A stretch of 64,000 bases of DNA from an uncultured Nitrospinota bacterium (GTDB lineage Bacteria > Nitrospinota > Nitrospinia > Nitrospinales > JAJDAT01), in assembly GCA_964570665.1 (NCBI GenBank), contig CAZMZH010000003.1, positions 244,701 to 308,700 of the forward strand, read 5' to 3'. The notes beneath the pieces were generated by a model. That model saw only the letters and a list, made by a program, of their open reading frames with translations. It made no database searches and was not told the origin of the DNA. The position numbers and the translations under genes were made by a program. Positions within the stretch are counted from its first letter, which is position 1, and each line of letters opens with the position of its first letter. Below, one piece after another: positions 54,630-64,000 of the stretch.

Positions 54630-56042
54630 TTAGGGTTTTTTAGCCATTAGCTTTTCAATGTCGGCTACTTTTTTAGGAGTAGAAGAGAGATTTTTACTTC
54701 CTCTTTTTCCAATCATGATATTATCTTCTATCCGAATTCCAATCTCTTGTTCGTAGGTTTTGCCCTTCCATTTCAATTTGAAGGTTCCATATAAGCCGGG
54801 TTCATTGCTAATAAGCCAACCTTCGCGCATTGGTTGTGTGGAATACATCCGAAATGGGTCGCCATCGTGCTCTTGCTCGCCCATCAAATGACTAACTCCA
54901 TGAGGTTGCTTTTTATATTTAAGCTTATAACTTCCTCCAAGGGCTTTAAAATCGTTATCAAGCCAATCATTGATGCTTCCCCAACAAACTTCATTCAGTT
55001 CCGTAATGGTTACTCCGACTTTGGCTTTTTTTTCTACGTTTAATTGCGCTTGTAAAACGGCTTCGTAAAGCAGTTTTTGCATTGGGTTAAATTTACCCGA
55101 AGCGGGAACAGTTCTGGAGATATCCGCGTGCATGCTCATCCAACGAACTCCAAAATCAAGTAATACCATTTCGTTTTTGGAAAAATCATCGTCGTTTTTC
55201 ATATAGTGCAATATAGTCGCGTTTGACCCTGAAGCGATAATGGATGGAAAACTTAACCCATAAGCGGAATTCATCAACATGTGACCTTCAAGAAAACCGG
55301 TGATGTGACTTTCATTCTTGAACTTATAAAAATTGCGAAGCGTTTCGCGAAAAGCATCTGCCGTTACATCGTTTGCCTTACGCGTATTGGCTTCGTCGTA
55401 TTTGTCTAACGGAAGTCGTAATTCAAAGTGGGAATCCATGATATTGGATAAGGCATTTTTTGGAGCATTCCACTTGCGTAATAATCGATTAACCTTATTC
55501 TTAAAATTCCAGTTATGATCGCCTGTTAAAACACGGTCTCTTCCTTTTACTTTACCGGCAATCCATAAGGTTCCTAATTCCTTCTTTTTTTGTTTTTTAA
55601 GTCGTTCTTTTAATATTTCGTCAAAATCGTCTATATCGCGAACATCGGCAATCCCGGTGACGCGTTTAACTTCATTTACGCTTTTAGGATTACCCACTCC
55701 GAACCGAAATCCGTCCCAAAATTCTAGACGAGGATCCTTCTCTCCTACAAACAAAATTTCGTCAGATTCTTTAGAATGTGGATCTAGAAGTAGAATGACT
55801 CGATTTTGGTTCACTCCCGTTAAATACATGAGCGATGGTTCTTGATAGGTTGGGCAATGAGCGTAAGCCCATCCAGTTTCTTGTCCGGGGCCATAAGGGA
55901 CGCCCGTTAAAACCATCAATTTGTTTTCCCGTTTCATCAATTGGACTCGTCGGTCACGAAAACGTTTTTTCGCTAACTTGCCCGCATTACCGTCCCGAAA
56001 GACTCCTGAATATTTTTTCTTGTGACTTTGTTTCATTTTCAA
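54630..56042 (-). CDS. M24B Xaa-Pro aminopeptidase (aminopeptidase P-like)
   Basis: 470 aa with metal-ligand blocks LLDFGVRWMSMHADISRT, HGVSHLMGEQEHD, NEPGLY and IRIEDNI. Confidence 0.85.
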   Translation of the reverse strand: MKMKQSHKKKYSGVFRDGNAGKLAKKRFRDRRVQLMKRENKLMVLTGVPYGPGQETGWAYAHCPTYQEPSLMYLTGVNQNRVILLLDPHSKESDEILFVGEKDPRLEFWDGFRFGVGNPKSVNEVKRVTGIADVRDIDDFDEILKERLKKQKKKELGTLWIAGKVKGRDRVLTGDHNWNFKNKVNRLLRKWNAPKNALSNIMDSHFELRLPLDKYDEANTRKANDVTADAFRETLRNFYKFKNESHITGFLEGHMLMNSAYGLSFPSIIASGSNATILHYMKNDDDFSKNEMVLLDFGVRWMSMHADISRTVPASGKFNPMQKLLYEAVLQAQLNVEKKAKVGVTITELNEVCWGSINDWLDNDFKALGGSYKLKYKKQPHGVSHLMGEQEHDGDPFRMYSTQPMREGWLISNEPGLYGTFKLKWKGKTYEQEIGIRIEDNIMIGKRGSKNLSSTPKKVADIEKLMAKKP

Positions 56043-56126
56043 TTATTATCCGAAAGATTAGAAAGACTGATGAACAAGGATTATTTTATTCTTTTAGTCT
56101 TTTCAAAATTATTTGTGGAGAAAATA

Positions 56127-56813
56127 ATGTGCGGCCGATATACCTTAGCCAAACCGTTTAAAAGCATTGTAACCCATTTTAAGACCAAGGCAAGCCAGCT
56201 GGGTTTTAAAGAAAGATTTAATATAGCCCCTTCTCAAAACGTGCCTGTGGTAATTCAGGACGATGTCGGACGGCAAGTTTGCGCTTTACGTTGGGGGTTG
56301 ATTCCTCATTGGGCGAAAGATGATTCTTCCGGAATGAAAACCATTAACGCGCGCGCTGAGACTATTTCTGAAAAACCATCCTTCCGTGATTCTTTCAGGA
56401 AAAAGCGTTGCTTAGTTCCCGCGGATGGATTTATTGAATGGGCGCGAAGCGCAAAAGAAAAAACTCCCAAGTATATCAATCTAAAATCCAACGAATTATT
56501 TGGTATGGCTGGTCTTTGGGCCGAGTGGAATGGAAATGGGCAATCAATCCAAACGTTTTCTATTATAACTACAGAAGCCAACGATTTAATAGGCAAAGTT
56601 CACCATCGTATGCCGGTTATTTTAAATCCAGAGAGTTATTCGAGGTGGCTTGATCCATCTGAAAGTAGTTCGCAACTGAAGTCTTTGTTAGCGCCATTTC
56701 CTTCTGAAAAAATGAGCGTGCGCTCAATTTCTAAAGCTGTTAATTCAGCTAAAAATGATAATCCTGAATGTCTAAATCCGCTTGAACAAACGGATCTATT
56801 TTCATTTGATTAA
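56127..56813 (+). CDS. SOS-response-associated peptidase (SRAP/YedK) family protein
   Basis: The family needs Cys2. ATG 56127 gives MCGRYTL, with GGAG 8 nt upstream. The track start GTG 56022 overlaps the divergent gene. HHRMPVIL is present. Confidence 0.9.
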   Translation: MCGRYTLAKPFKSIVTHFKTKASQLGFKERFNIAPSQNVPVVIQDDVGRQVCALRWGLIPHWAKDDSSGMKTINARAETISEKPSFRDSFRKKRCLVPADGFIEWARSAKEKTPKYINLKSNELFGMAGLWAEWNGNGQSIQTFSIITTEANDLIGKVHHRMPVILNPESYSRWLDPSESSSQLKSLLAPFPSEKMSVRSISKAVNSAKNDNPECLNPLEQTDLFSFD

Positions 56814-56880
56814 TATGTTTTAGGCTAGAGACTATTTTGTGATTTATCCATTTATTTTTTTATAAAATGAATTAAATCTT

Positions 56881-58188
56881 ATGTTGAGAAATAAAAAGTT
56901 TTTTAAAATAGAATTTATTTTTTCCGGAGTTCTATTTTTTATCGTCGCAATTTTTTGGTTAAGCCGTGGGGATATATGGACCATTTGGGATTATCAGGCT
57001 TTAGATAGATTCCACCAACAAGCTGTTCAAGAGGGCCATGAGGCTCGGGTGTCTCCTAAAATTTCGATGATCGTGGAAACGGACCAAACAAAAAAGTATT
57101 TTAATCAAACTATTTTGGATAGACGAATATATGCCTCGCTGAATAATTCATTAGTTTCGCTTAAGCCCGAGGCGGTAATTTATGATTTTATTTTTCGTTT
57201 TGAAAGAGAGACAGAATCTAATAAAGAATTCAAGCGGTCTTTGCAGGCGTTAAATAAAGTTTATTTACCGCTTGGGTTGATTATGAAAGACGAGAGTCAA
57301 TACACTCCACAAGAGGAAAAATGGAACTCCAGACAGTTATTACCTTTTATGGGAACTCCAATTCAAAGAGGTGTCACGGCTCCCATTTATGCATATCCAT
57401 CGCTAATGCCTTTTCAAGATTATGTTAAAGAGGACTTTACTGCGGGCCATATCAACATTCAAAGCGATTCTGACGGGGTTTTTCGACATTATCCGTTATT
57501 ATTAAAACTTGAACTGGGGTACCTTCCTGCGCTGTCTTTTTCGGCTTTTTTGGACAATATCAATGTTTCTATTGAAGAAGTAATTGTTGACTGGGGGAGA
57601 GAGATCACTATTCCGGCTAACGCTAAAAATAAATTAGAAAAAGATCTGGTGATCCCAATTAATAAACAAGGACAAGTTTATATCTCATTTCCACATTTTG
57701 AGGAAGATAAAGAAAATAATTATAAAGTTATGCCCCTTGAGAGTTTTTTAACGTACACAGAAGATCCTGGTTTTAGAGGAAGCCTGCAAGAACAGTTTGG
57801 CGAGACATTTGTATTCATAGGAGATGTTTCCAAAAGTGGGCAGAATATTGGAAAAACATCGTTAGGAAATAAGGCCTCTTTAGTTGAACTCCATGCTGCT
57901 TTTATAAATAGTCTTTTAACTCAATCTTTCTACAAGAACTGGTCGTTAATTGAAGTTTTAATATTGCTTTTTATTTTTGGCGCCTTATTCACCTATGTTG
58001 CTTTTTATAAATCGGCAAAACATTTTTATGCAATCGGTGTTTTATCAATAATTGCGCTGATAGCTTTAACCTGGTTTCAATTTATCGGTTTTAGGTTGTT
58101 TCCGTTAGTTTCAACAATAGGAAGTATTTTGTTTATATTTTCGGCATTAGCGTTTGGAGTTTTCCAGAAAAATGATCGACCGCATTGA
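56881..58188 (+). CDS. CHASE2-domain membrane protein without an output domain
   Basis: 435 aa. N-terminal TM, a periplasmic domain of about 330 aa with GHINIQSDSDGVFRHYPLL, then three C-terminal TM helices. The protein ends 7 residues after the last helix. Confidence 0.65.
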   Translation: MLRNKKFFKIEFIFSGVLFFIVAIFWLSRGDIWTIWDYQALDRFHQQAVQEGHEARVSPKISMIVETDQTKKYFNQTILDRRIYASLNNSLVSLKPEAVIYDFIFRFERETESNKEFKRSLQALNKVYLPLGLIMKDESQYTPQEEKWNSRQLLPFMGTPIQRGVTAPIYAYPSLMPFQDYVKEDFTAGHINIQSDSDGVFRHYPLLLKLELGYLPALSFSAFLDNINVSIEEVIVDWGREITIPANAKNKLEKDLVIPINKQGQVYISFPHFEEDKENNYKVMPLESFLTYTEDPGFRGSLQEQFGETFVFIGDVSKSGQNIGKTSLGNKASLVELHAAFINSLLTQSFYKNWSLIEVLILLFIFGALFTYVAFYKSAKHFYAIGVLSIIALIALTWFQFIGFRLFPLVSTIGSILFIFSALAFGVFQKNDRPH

Positions 58189-58255
58189 AGAGTTGGATCT
58201 CAAAGATTTACCTAGAGATTGGGATAGTCGGGTGATATTTTCAGAAAAATAAATA

Positions 58256-59092
58256 TTATTTTATTTTGACAATAATCCTATGATTAAGTTTTTGTACCGG
58301 TCGAGCGTTATGGGAAATGAATTTTTCAAAGTACTTGATTTGATCTTTAGAAATTTCAAATGGCGTTTCCAACAGAAACCAGCTTACGTTTTCGCTACAG
58401 GGCGGGGTCGTTAAAGAACCGTTGTAATGAAAGTATTCATGATTTTGCGGCAGTATAGCCGCTAAATCGATTAGTTCGTTTTCGTAACTAAACTCTTCGT
58501 TGATTTCAGAGGGTATCCGATTCCATATTTTTTGAATTTCTGGATTGTGTCTTCCCTCCTGAATAAAAACTCCAATCACGACATATTGGTGACCGGGCGT
58601 TTTATGCACTAGATGCATTTCCATTGGATACGGTTTTCCATTGACTAAATGTTCGCTGTGTCGATGGAAGTGAAACTGAATGAGTTCAAACTTTTCATTG
58701 CCCCAATTAGCAAAACTTCCAGGATCGTAACTTAAATGAATTGTATGTGTGTTGTTAATGATTCGAATGGGAGTTTTTAAATATTTACATCCCAAATCAG
58801 CCAACTTCAATCCAGGGACATGGCTTATGTCCACTGGCGATTGGTTGACGCCTTCGCGGCACATTAGATGTTTTTCATGGTCTTTTTCTATTTCACCCCA
58901 GTGATCTGGGCCTGTTCCGCCTTCATAACCCCAAGGGTGTATTTTCCCGTCATCGGCCCTTACATTTGAAAAATTTGCAGTAATGAAAATGATTACTGAT
59001 GCCGTCATGGCTAACGCGAATGTAAAGGCCGAATAATTGTTGTGCAATTTGATTTTTTTTTTCACGGTTTTCCTTTTAATATTGAGAATCAA
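58256..59092 (-). CDS. alpha-class carbonic anhydrase, exported
   Basis: 278 aa. HPWGYEGGTGPDHWG, QSPVDI, zinc His triad FHFHRHSEH...EMHLVH, and GSLTTPPCSE. Confidence 0.93.
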   Translation of the reverse strand: MILNIKRKTVKKKIKLHNNYSAFTFALAMTASVIIFITANFSNVRADDGKIHPWGYEGGTGPDHWGEIEKDHEKHLMCREGVNQSPVDISHVPGLKLADLGCKYLKTPIRIINNTHTIHLSYDPGSFANWGNEKFELIQFHFHRHSEHLVNGKPYPMEMHLVHKTPGHQYVVIGVFIQEGRHNPEIQKIWNRIPSEINEEFSYENELIDLAAILPQNHEYFHYNGSLTTPPCSENVSWFLLETPFEISKDQIKYFEKFISHNARPVQKLNHRIIVKIK

Positions 59093-59122
59093 TTGTCAAT
59101 TTAGTGGCGATAATGAAACTTC

Positions 59123-60583
59123 TTAAAAATAATCTCTTCGCCATCGATTAATTCTCTCCCCCCAAGCCAATGCGGTTTCCGAGACGTGGCTTTTTTTCCA
59201 ATTACCCGCCGCAAATTTATTGGCTTCCACCAGCGTGGGGTAAATATGAATTGTACCCAAGATTTTGTTCATCCCAAACCCATGTTTCATAGCGGCAACA
59301 TACTCTGCAATTATATCTCCTGCATGAAGGCCTGCAATGGTTACTCCAATGATCCGATCCTTTCCAGGTTCTGTCAATACCTTAACAATTCCATGGGCCG
59401 CTTCATCCGCTATGGCTCGATCCAGATCGTCAATTCCATAGGTTGTAACCTCATAGGGAATTCCCTGTTCCTTCGCTTCCAGTTCATTCAAGCCAGTTCT
59501 AGCCACCTCAGGGTCAGTAAAAGTTGACCAAGGAACAACGCTATAATCTACTTTATAACCAAAAGGGCTTATCAGTGAATTAACCGCGCAATACCATGCT
59601 TGGTGGGCTGCCGTATGGGTAAATTGATAAGGACCGGCAACGTCTCCACAAGCGTAAATATTGGGGATGTTGGTTCTCATGTGTGGGTTAACTTTGATCG
59701 TTTTACTTGGAGTTAATTCAATTTCTAACTCTTCCAATCCAAAACCGGTGGTATTGGCTTTTCTCCCCAAAGCGATCAAGAGAGTATCAAATTCTATTTC
59801 TACAGAGGTACCGTTATAATCGCATTCCAAAAAATCTTTACCTTCTCGTTTAAAGAATTTCTTAGGGGTGTGCCCTAGTAATACATTGATTCCATCGCTT
59901 TGAAAGCTTTCCAAAACCATTTGCGAAACTTCAGGGTCTTCTTTAGGAAGCAACCGCTTATTGCGTTGTACTTGAGTCACGGAAGATCCCAGGCGAACAA
60001 AAGCTTGCGTCAGCTCAGAACCAATAGGTCCTCCGCCTAATACAAGTAGCTTTTTAGGTTGTTCTCTAATATTCCAAATAGTATCGGACGTCAGGTATGA
60101 AACATTTTCAATACCTTCGACTGGCGGAATGGCGGGACGAGCTCCAGTTGCAATAATAATGTTCCTGGTTGTGAGAACTTTCCCATTAACGGATACCTCA
60201 TAGGGAGACAAGATTTTGGCTTCGCCAGTGTGACATTCGACTCCTAGGGAAGAATATCTTTCCACAGAATCATGAGGTTCAATGGTTTTGATTACGCGTT
60301 GAACACGCTCCATCACTTCAGCAAAATCAAACTCAACTTGAACGTCCTTGAACCCTAGTTTTTGGCATTTTTTGACATCTGCCATGAATTTAGCTGACCG
60401 GATCAGAGCTTTACTAGGGACACAACCAGTATTTAAGCAATCGCCACCCATTTTATGTTTTTCTATTAGAGCAACTTTTCCTTTAGTTGCTGCGCCTATG
60501 TAGCTGGTAACTAAACCGGCAGACCCACCCCCTATAACTACCATGTTGTATTCAAAGGTTTTCGGTTTCTTAAATTTGCCCAT
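59123..60583 (-). CDS. class I pyridine nucleotide-disulfide oxidoreductase (mercuric-reductase-like, no metal-binding extensions)
   Basis: 486 aa. VVIGGGSAGLVTSY, redox disulfide GGDCLNTGCVPSK, LVLGGGPIGSELTQ, IHIYPTLVE. Confidence 0.85.
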   Translation of the reverse strand: MGKFKKPKTFEYNMVVIGGGSAGLVTSYIGAATKGKVALIEKHKMGGDCLNTGCVPSKALIRSAKFMADVKKCQKLGFKDVQVEFDFAEVMERVQRVIKTIEPHDSVERYSSLGVECHTGEAKILSPYEVSVNGKVLTTRNIIIATGARPAIPPVEGIENVSYLTSDTIWNIREQPKKLLVLGGGPIGSELTQAFVRLGSSVTQVQRNKRLLPKEDPEVSQMVLESFQSDGINVLLGHTPKKFFKREGKDFLECDYNGTSVEIEFDTLLIALGRKANTTGFGLEELEIELTPSKTIKVNPHMRTNIPNIYACGDVAGPYQFTHTAAHQAWYCAVNSLISPFGYKVDYSVVPWSTFTDPEVARTGLNELEAKEQGIPYEVTTYGIDDLDRAIADEAAHGIVKVLTEPGKDRIIGVTIAGLHAGDIIAEYVAAMKHGFGMNKILGTIHIYPTLVEANKFAAGNWKKSHVSETALAWGERINRWRRDYF

Positions 60584-60774
60584 CAGCTTTCTCCAATTAT
60601 TGCGTGCTTAAATTATACGATATTCAATGAATTATCAGTCTTGCGAAAGGGGTTTCCCTTTAATTAATATAACGATAATTCATAGTGGTATATTGTCTTT
60701 TAAATCAAAAATATTAAATTTGTTTTCGCCGCCATTCATCTGAGAGATTCTGATGAAAGCTCATTCGATTTATC

Positions 60775-61461
60775 TTAAAACTTCTCGCCAGGAGCTTTTT
60801 TTGATTTGATCTTTTTGTAAATGACTGGTACCAAAATAAGCATTCCAAGAAGTGTCAAGGTCCCCCAAATCCGACCAGACATAAGATCAGAAAATGAATT
60901 TATAGAAGCAAGGTTTTTGCCAGCATTTACATAGACAAAAGTTGCCGGTAAAGTCCCAAACATAGTTCCAAAAAAGAAAAATCTTAATGGAATCTTAGAT
61001 AGCGATAAACTAATATTGACTGCAAAAAATGGGAATAGCGGCACAAGCCTTAAGAACAATACACAGTTAGTCGGGTTTTCACATAAATGATCATTAACGT
61101 TTTGAATTTTTTTTGAAAACCTTTTTTCTATCCAATCCTGCAGCAAGTAACGAGAAACTAAAAATGCCAATGTCGCTCCCAAGGTTGAACCGATATTGAC
61201 TATAAAGACACCTAAACCCGGTCCAAAAATAACTCCAGCTCCGATACTAAGAAAAGTAGATCCCGGAAGTAAAAAAAGTCCAATCATCATATATATCGCT
61301 ATATACCCTCCCACCATTGCCATAGTATTAGCCTGGTAGAAACTTTCAAGAAGATCTCGGTTTTGCTTCAAATTTTCAAGAGTGAGATATTGTCCTGGAT
61401 TAAAGTAAATAATCGATGCTATTCCCAAAAACAATAAAAAGAGAATTAGCGCTTTTTTCAT
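60775..61461 (-). CDS. TVP38/TMEM64 (DedA-superfamily) membrane protein
   Basis: 228 aa. LLPGSTFLSIGAGVIFGPGLGVFIVNIGSTLGATLAFLVSRY and LRLVPLFPFFAVN are typical of the SNARE_assoc/TVP38 family. Confidence 0.8.
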   Translation of the reverse strand: MKKALILFLLFLGIASIIYFNPGQYLTLENLKQNRDLLESFYQANTMAMVGGYIAIYMMIGLFLLPGSTFLSIGAGVIFGPGLGVFIVNIGSTLGATLAFLVSRYLLQDWIEKRFSKKIQNVNDHLCENPTNCVLFLRLVPLFPFFAVNISLSLSKIPLRFFFFGTMFGTLPATFVYVNAGKNLASINSFSDLMSGRIWGTLTLLGMLILVPVIYKKIKSKKAPGEKF

Positions 61462-61937
61462 TTAATTTATTTATTTGAATAAATATTTATATTTATGACC
61501 ATGTTTTATCATCTTAGTCACAGTCCCTACCAATACCTTACACTTTTTGATCAATGATTAACTATTTAGCTAGGATGCCAAAAGATGAAAAATTGATCTG
61601 AGCCGAAAAAATATGGGGCTAGTATGGCGGAAAGTTTAAATGCTGTAAGAAGGGTTCAATTTTATTGAAAAAATTTACGCAGAAAGAAATAGTTTTTTGT
61701 TTTAAGACGTTATTCGATATAAATTTTTTTCGACTGGTGAACAAAGGTTTTATATATAAAGGTTAGCTTTTGGGTTTCTTTTATATGGGAAAAGCGGCGC
61801 TACTTTAAATTAAATCAGTCATGACAAATTAGTTAAATTAAATCGCCGTAAAAATTTTGCTTAAAAACTGACCATTATTCAATTTTCAAAATAGTGAACA
61901 CCTACATTTATCGAAAAATCATCGTCATGAGGGATGA

Positions 61938-63767
61938 CTAATGAGGTGGGGTTAATTGTTTCGAATCTACTCCCATATTCTTAAGGAAATTATAAAGTCT
62001 CCTTTTATTTTCTATAAAACCAGAAACTTCTAAATACTCATTATACGTTGCGAGAATTTCCCCGATCTCAATGGGTCGACCATTAAGGTGATTAGTTGCT
62101 TTTGAGGAAATATTGGTTTTTGATCGAACTCCTAAAAGAAAAAATTGAATGGTGGTTGTTAAAAATACAGCCAAAAAAAACCAAAGGACGAATGATTTTA
62201 ATGGCTGAAAGTTAAAATTAAATTTAAAGTTTCTTATATATAAAACGCCGATTGAACCAAGTATAGAGAAAATAGCAAAGACATTAATAACAACCAAAGT
62301 GGGTTGAATTTTTATGGAAGGGACATTTTGAAAAATATCCCAAGACAAAGATGTTTTAAATAAGAGAAAAATCAGATAGTGGAACATTACTCCTAAAATG
62401 AGTAAGGAAAAGATCTCTGTATAATGATCTGTCTCTAATCCCTGCTTATATTTTGGTATCACTCTCCAAAATACCCAGATTAGACTGTACCCCAAAAGAA
62501 TAAGCGACAAAACCCAGTTAGGAATTATGTATAAAAAATTTTCTAAAACAAAATTGGTTAGTTCATCAAAGTTATACAGAGGTTTCTTATCTCTCCACAA
62601 AAACAAATACGACCATAAACATGAGATAAAAGACAATCCAATTAAAGTTTTATAGATAAATTGGTATTTTCTTTCTTTAAGAAATACTATTAACCAAACA
62701 ACCGCTAAACTGACCGGAATAGCGGCAGGGGCCATTCCTCTCATGCCAAAGGAACCGTTGCCAAACCACCATCCATACCATGAAGCGCAAATGTATAAAT
62801 TTAGAAAAAGAACCATTGCGGTCAAAATAAAAAATACACGCTTCTCCTCTTTATTAAAATAAATCCCAAGAACGACAGCTAAAAACCCAATTCCATAAAG
62901 CGGATGGTAAATTAAAAGGCCATGCCATGGATGAAACAAAACCGCAAAAAACTCTGGATGAAATAAATCTAAACTTTTAAAATCATCCATCCCAAAGTTA
63001 TAAGGAGATTTTAAAATGGATCCTGTCATCCACCTGTTTAACCAGAGGATTTCCAAACATTTAAATATAAAAGGAATTATTAATAGAAAAACTCCAAATA
63101 ACCTGTTAAATCTAAGCGGACGCTCCCAAACCTTAAGAGCTTTATATACCGTAACCAAAATTCCTGGAGCCACATAAATTAATAAATGAGATCTGATCCC
63201 GACGAGCATGCCGCATGAAATACCAGTAATTAACAAATCATCCCAAGTCCAATTTCTAGGAACAACAAGCATAAAAATCAAGACAGCCAAAAATGGATAT
63301 GATAAGGATTCAGACGATACACTGTGGGAATAAAAACCAGCGTGTGTTCCTAAAAAAAGAATTGATAAACCAAAAATCACTAAAGGCAAATATCCCTTTG
63401 TTAAATGATTAAACAGAAGCGACATCATCCATATAAAAATTAAGGTTCCTATAAGATTTATGGCATAGGAAGCATCTTTCCCCTTTAAAAATCCTCCAAA
63501 GACTCTCTCGCCTATTGCCAATATTCCCCCAGGTCCGGGAGACCATTGATAATAGGGAATCCCTTGCGGTGAAAGGTATTTGCCAGGTAATTGAGAGATG
63601 TCTGAATTTAAAATTGGTTTAAGCCAAGCGGAGTATTGATCAAAATCTGCTCCTGGACTAGACGTTTTATAAACTAGACAGCTAAAAATTAATACAACCC
63701 AAAAAATAATTATCTTAGATTGGATTAAACTATTAAATTTTAAGGAAAGATTAAGATTCTCAGGCAT
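61938..63767 (-). CDS. large polytopic membrane protein, GT-C-like
   Basis: 609 aa with about 14 or more hydrophobic helices and a short soluble C-terminal domain. Family not identified. Confidence 0.6.
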   Translation of the reverse strand: MPENLNLSLKFNSLIQSKIIIFWVVLIFSCLVYKTSSPGADFDQYSAWLKPILNSDISQLPGKYLSPQGIPYYQWSPGPGGILAIGERVFGGFLKGKDASYAINLIGTLIFIWMMSLLFNHLTKGYLPLVIFGLSILFLGTHAGFYSHSVSSESLSYPFLAVLIFMLVVPRNWTWDDLLITGISCGMLVGIRSHLLIYVAPGILVTVYKALKVWERPLRFNRLFGVFLLIIPFIFKCLEILWLNRWMTGSILKSPYNFGMDDFKSLDLFHPEFFAVLFHPWHGLLIYHPLYGIGFLAVVLGIYFNKEEKRVFFILTAMVLFLNLYICASWYGWWFGNGSFGMRGMAPAAIPVSLAVVWLIVFLKERKYQFIYKTLIGLSFISCLWSYLFLWRDKKPLYNFDELTNFVLENFLYIIPNWVLSLILLGYSLIWVFWRVIPKYKQGLETDHYTEIFSLLILGVMFHYLIFLLFKTSLSWDIFQNVPSIKIQPTLVVINVFAIFSILGSIGVLYIRNFKFNFNFQPLKSFVLWFFLAVFLTTTIQFFLLGVRSKTNISSKATNHLNGRPIEIGEILATYNEYLEVSGFIENKRRLYNFLKNMGVDSKQLTPPH

Positions 63768-64000
63768 TAAAGTAAAAGAAGGTTTGCAACACCTTAATTA
63801 AAAAAAAATACCCAACCATTTTTAAAGCTGGACTGAGTTTTTAAATTAAATGATTAAAATAAAGATGCTTCAAAGTTATTAATGGAAAAAAAATTTTTTA
63901 AAATTTATCCACATCTTGTTATGAAAATTATCCTCAATTTAGTATTCACTAATTTGCACTAGGGTACTCATGTAGATTTAAATCGCTCTTATGCCGACTC

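Noticed and set aside
56043-56126. LexA/SOS box upstream of the SRAP (yedK-like) gene
   Set aside because: No CTGT-N8-ACAG or GAAC-N4-GTTC palindrome is present in the 84-nt spacer.
60646-60661. Hairpin AAAGGG-gttt-CCCTTT downstream of the TVP38 gene
   Set aside because: The stem is only 6 bp, it lies 114 nt from the stop, and no extended T-run follows on the minus strand. It is too weak to call a terminator.
1-64000. CRISPR arrays, rRNA, tmRNA, RNase P, SRP RNA
   Set aside because: Reading the intergenic regions, I saw no regularly spaced direct repeats with unique spacers and no conserved core strings of these RNAs. A proper Infernal scan is still advisable.

Overview
AT-rich chromosomal segment from a diderm-type bacterium (Tat signal, lipobox, c-type cytochrome, Arn-like envelope genes). 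I see no rRNA, CRISPR array, transposase, integrase or phage genes. I call about 60 protein genes and one tRNA, using motifs read in the supplied translations; no homology search was possible, so family names are motif-level calls.

Housekeeping anchors: dnaG-rpoD-tRNA(CAT), aroA, a HemY-type protoporphyrinogen oxidase, bcp, an M24B aminopeptidase, a HIT protein, a DHH phosphoesterase and an SRAP/YedK-like protein.

Themes:
- Envelope glycan modification: three GT-C-like polytopic proteins, two GGS-variant SGNH-like proteins, and an SDR/aminotransferase/acetyltransferase/GT2 operon.
- Three anchored FGE/SUMF1-domain paralogs plus one DUF1566 protein.
- Many TPR proteins and two pentapeptide-repeat proteins.
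- Redox proteins: two flavoprotein disulfide reductases, a Tat-exported Mo enzyme, a Rieske-GltS fusion and a tri-haem cytochrome.

Most unusual observations:
1. A run of MITE-like composite repeats at 27.08-31.68 kb. Their ends are CACAGAA units spaced one helical turn apart, they fill whole intergenic spacers, and they donate TAG stop codons.
2. An FGE-like lipoprotein translationally coupled to an MsrP/YedY-like Mo enzyme, with no MsrQ partner nearby.
3. An FGE-like gene overlapping a long two-lobed ThyX-like gene.
4. A Coq4-motif protein tightly coupled to SugE/Gdx.
5. An Arn-like operon in which an acetyltransferase takes the place of a formyltransferase.

I found no complete defence, secretion or biosynthetic system that I can name. 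The novelty claims are hypotheses that need database and experimental checks.
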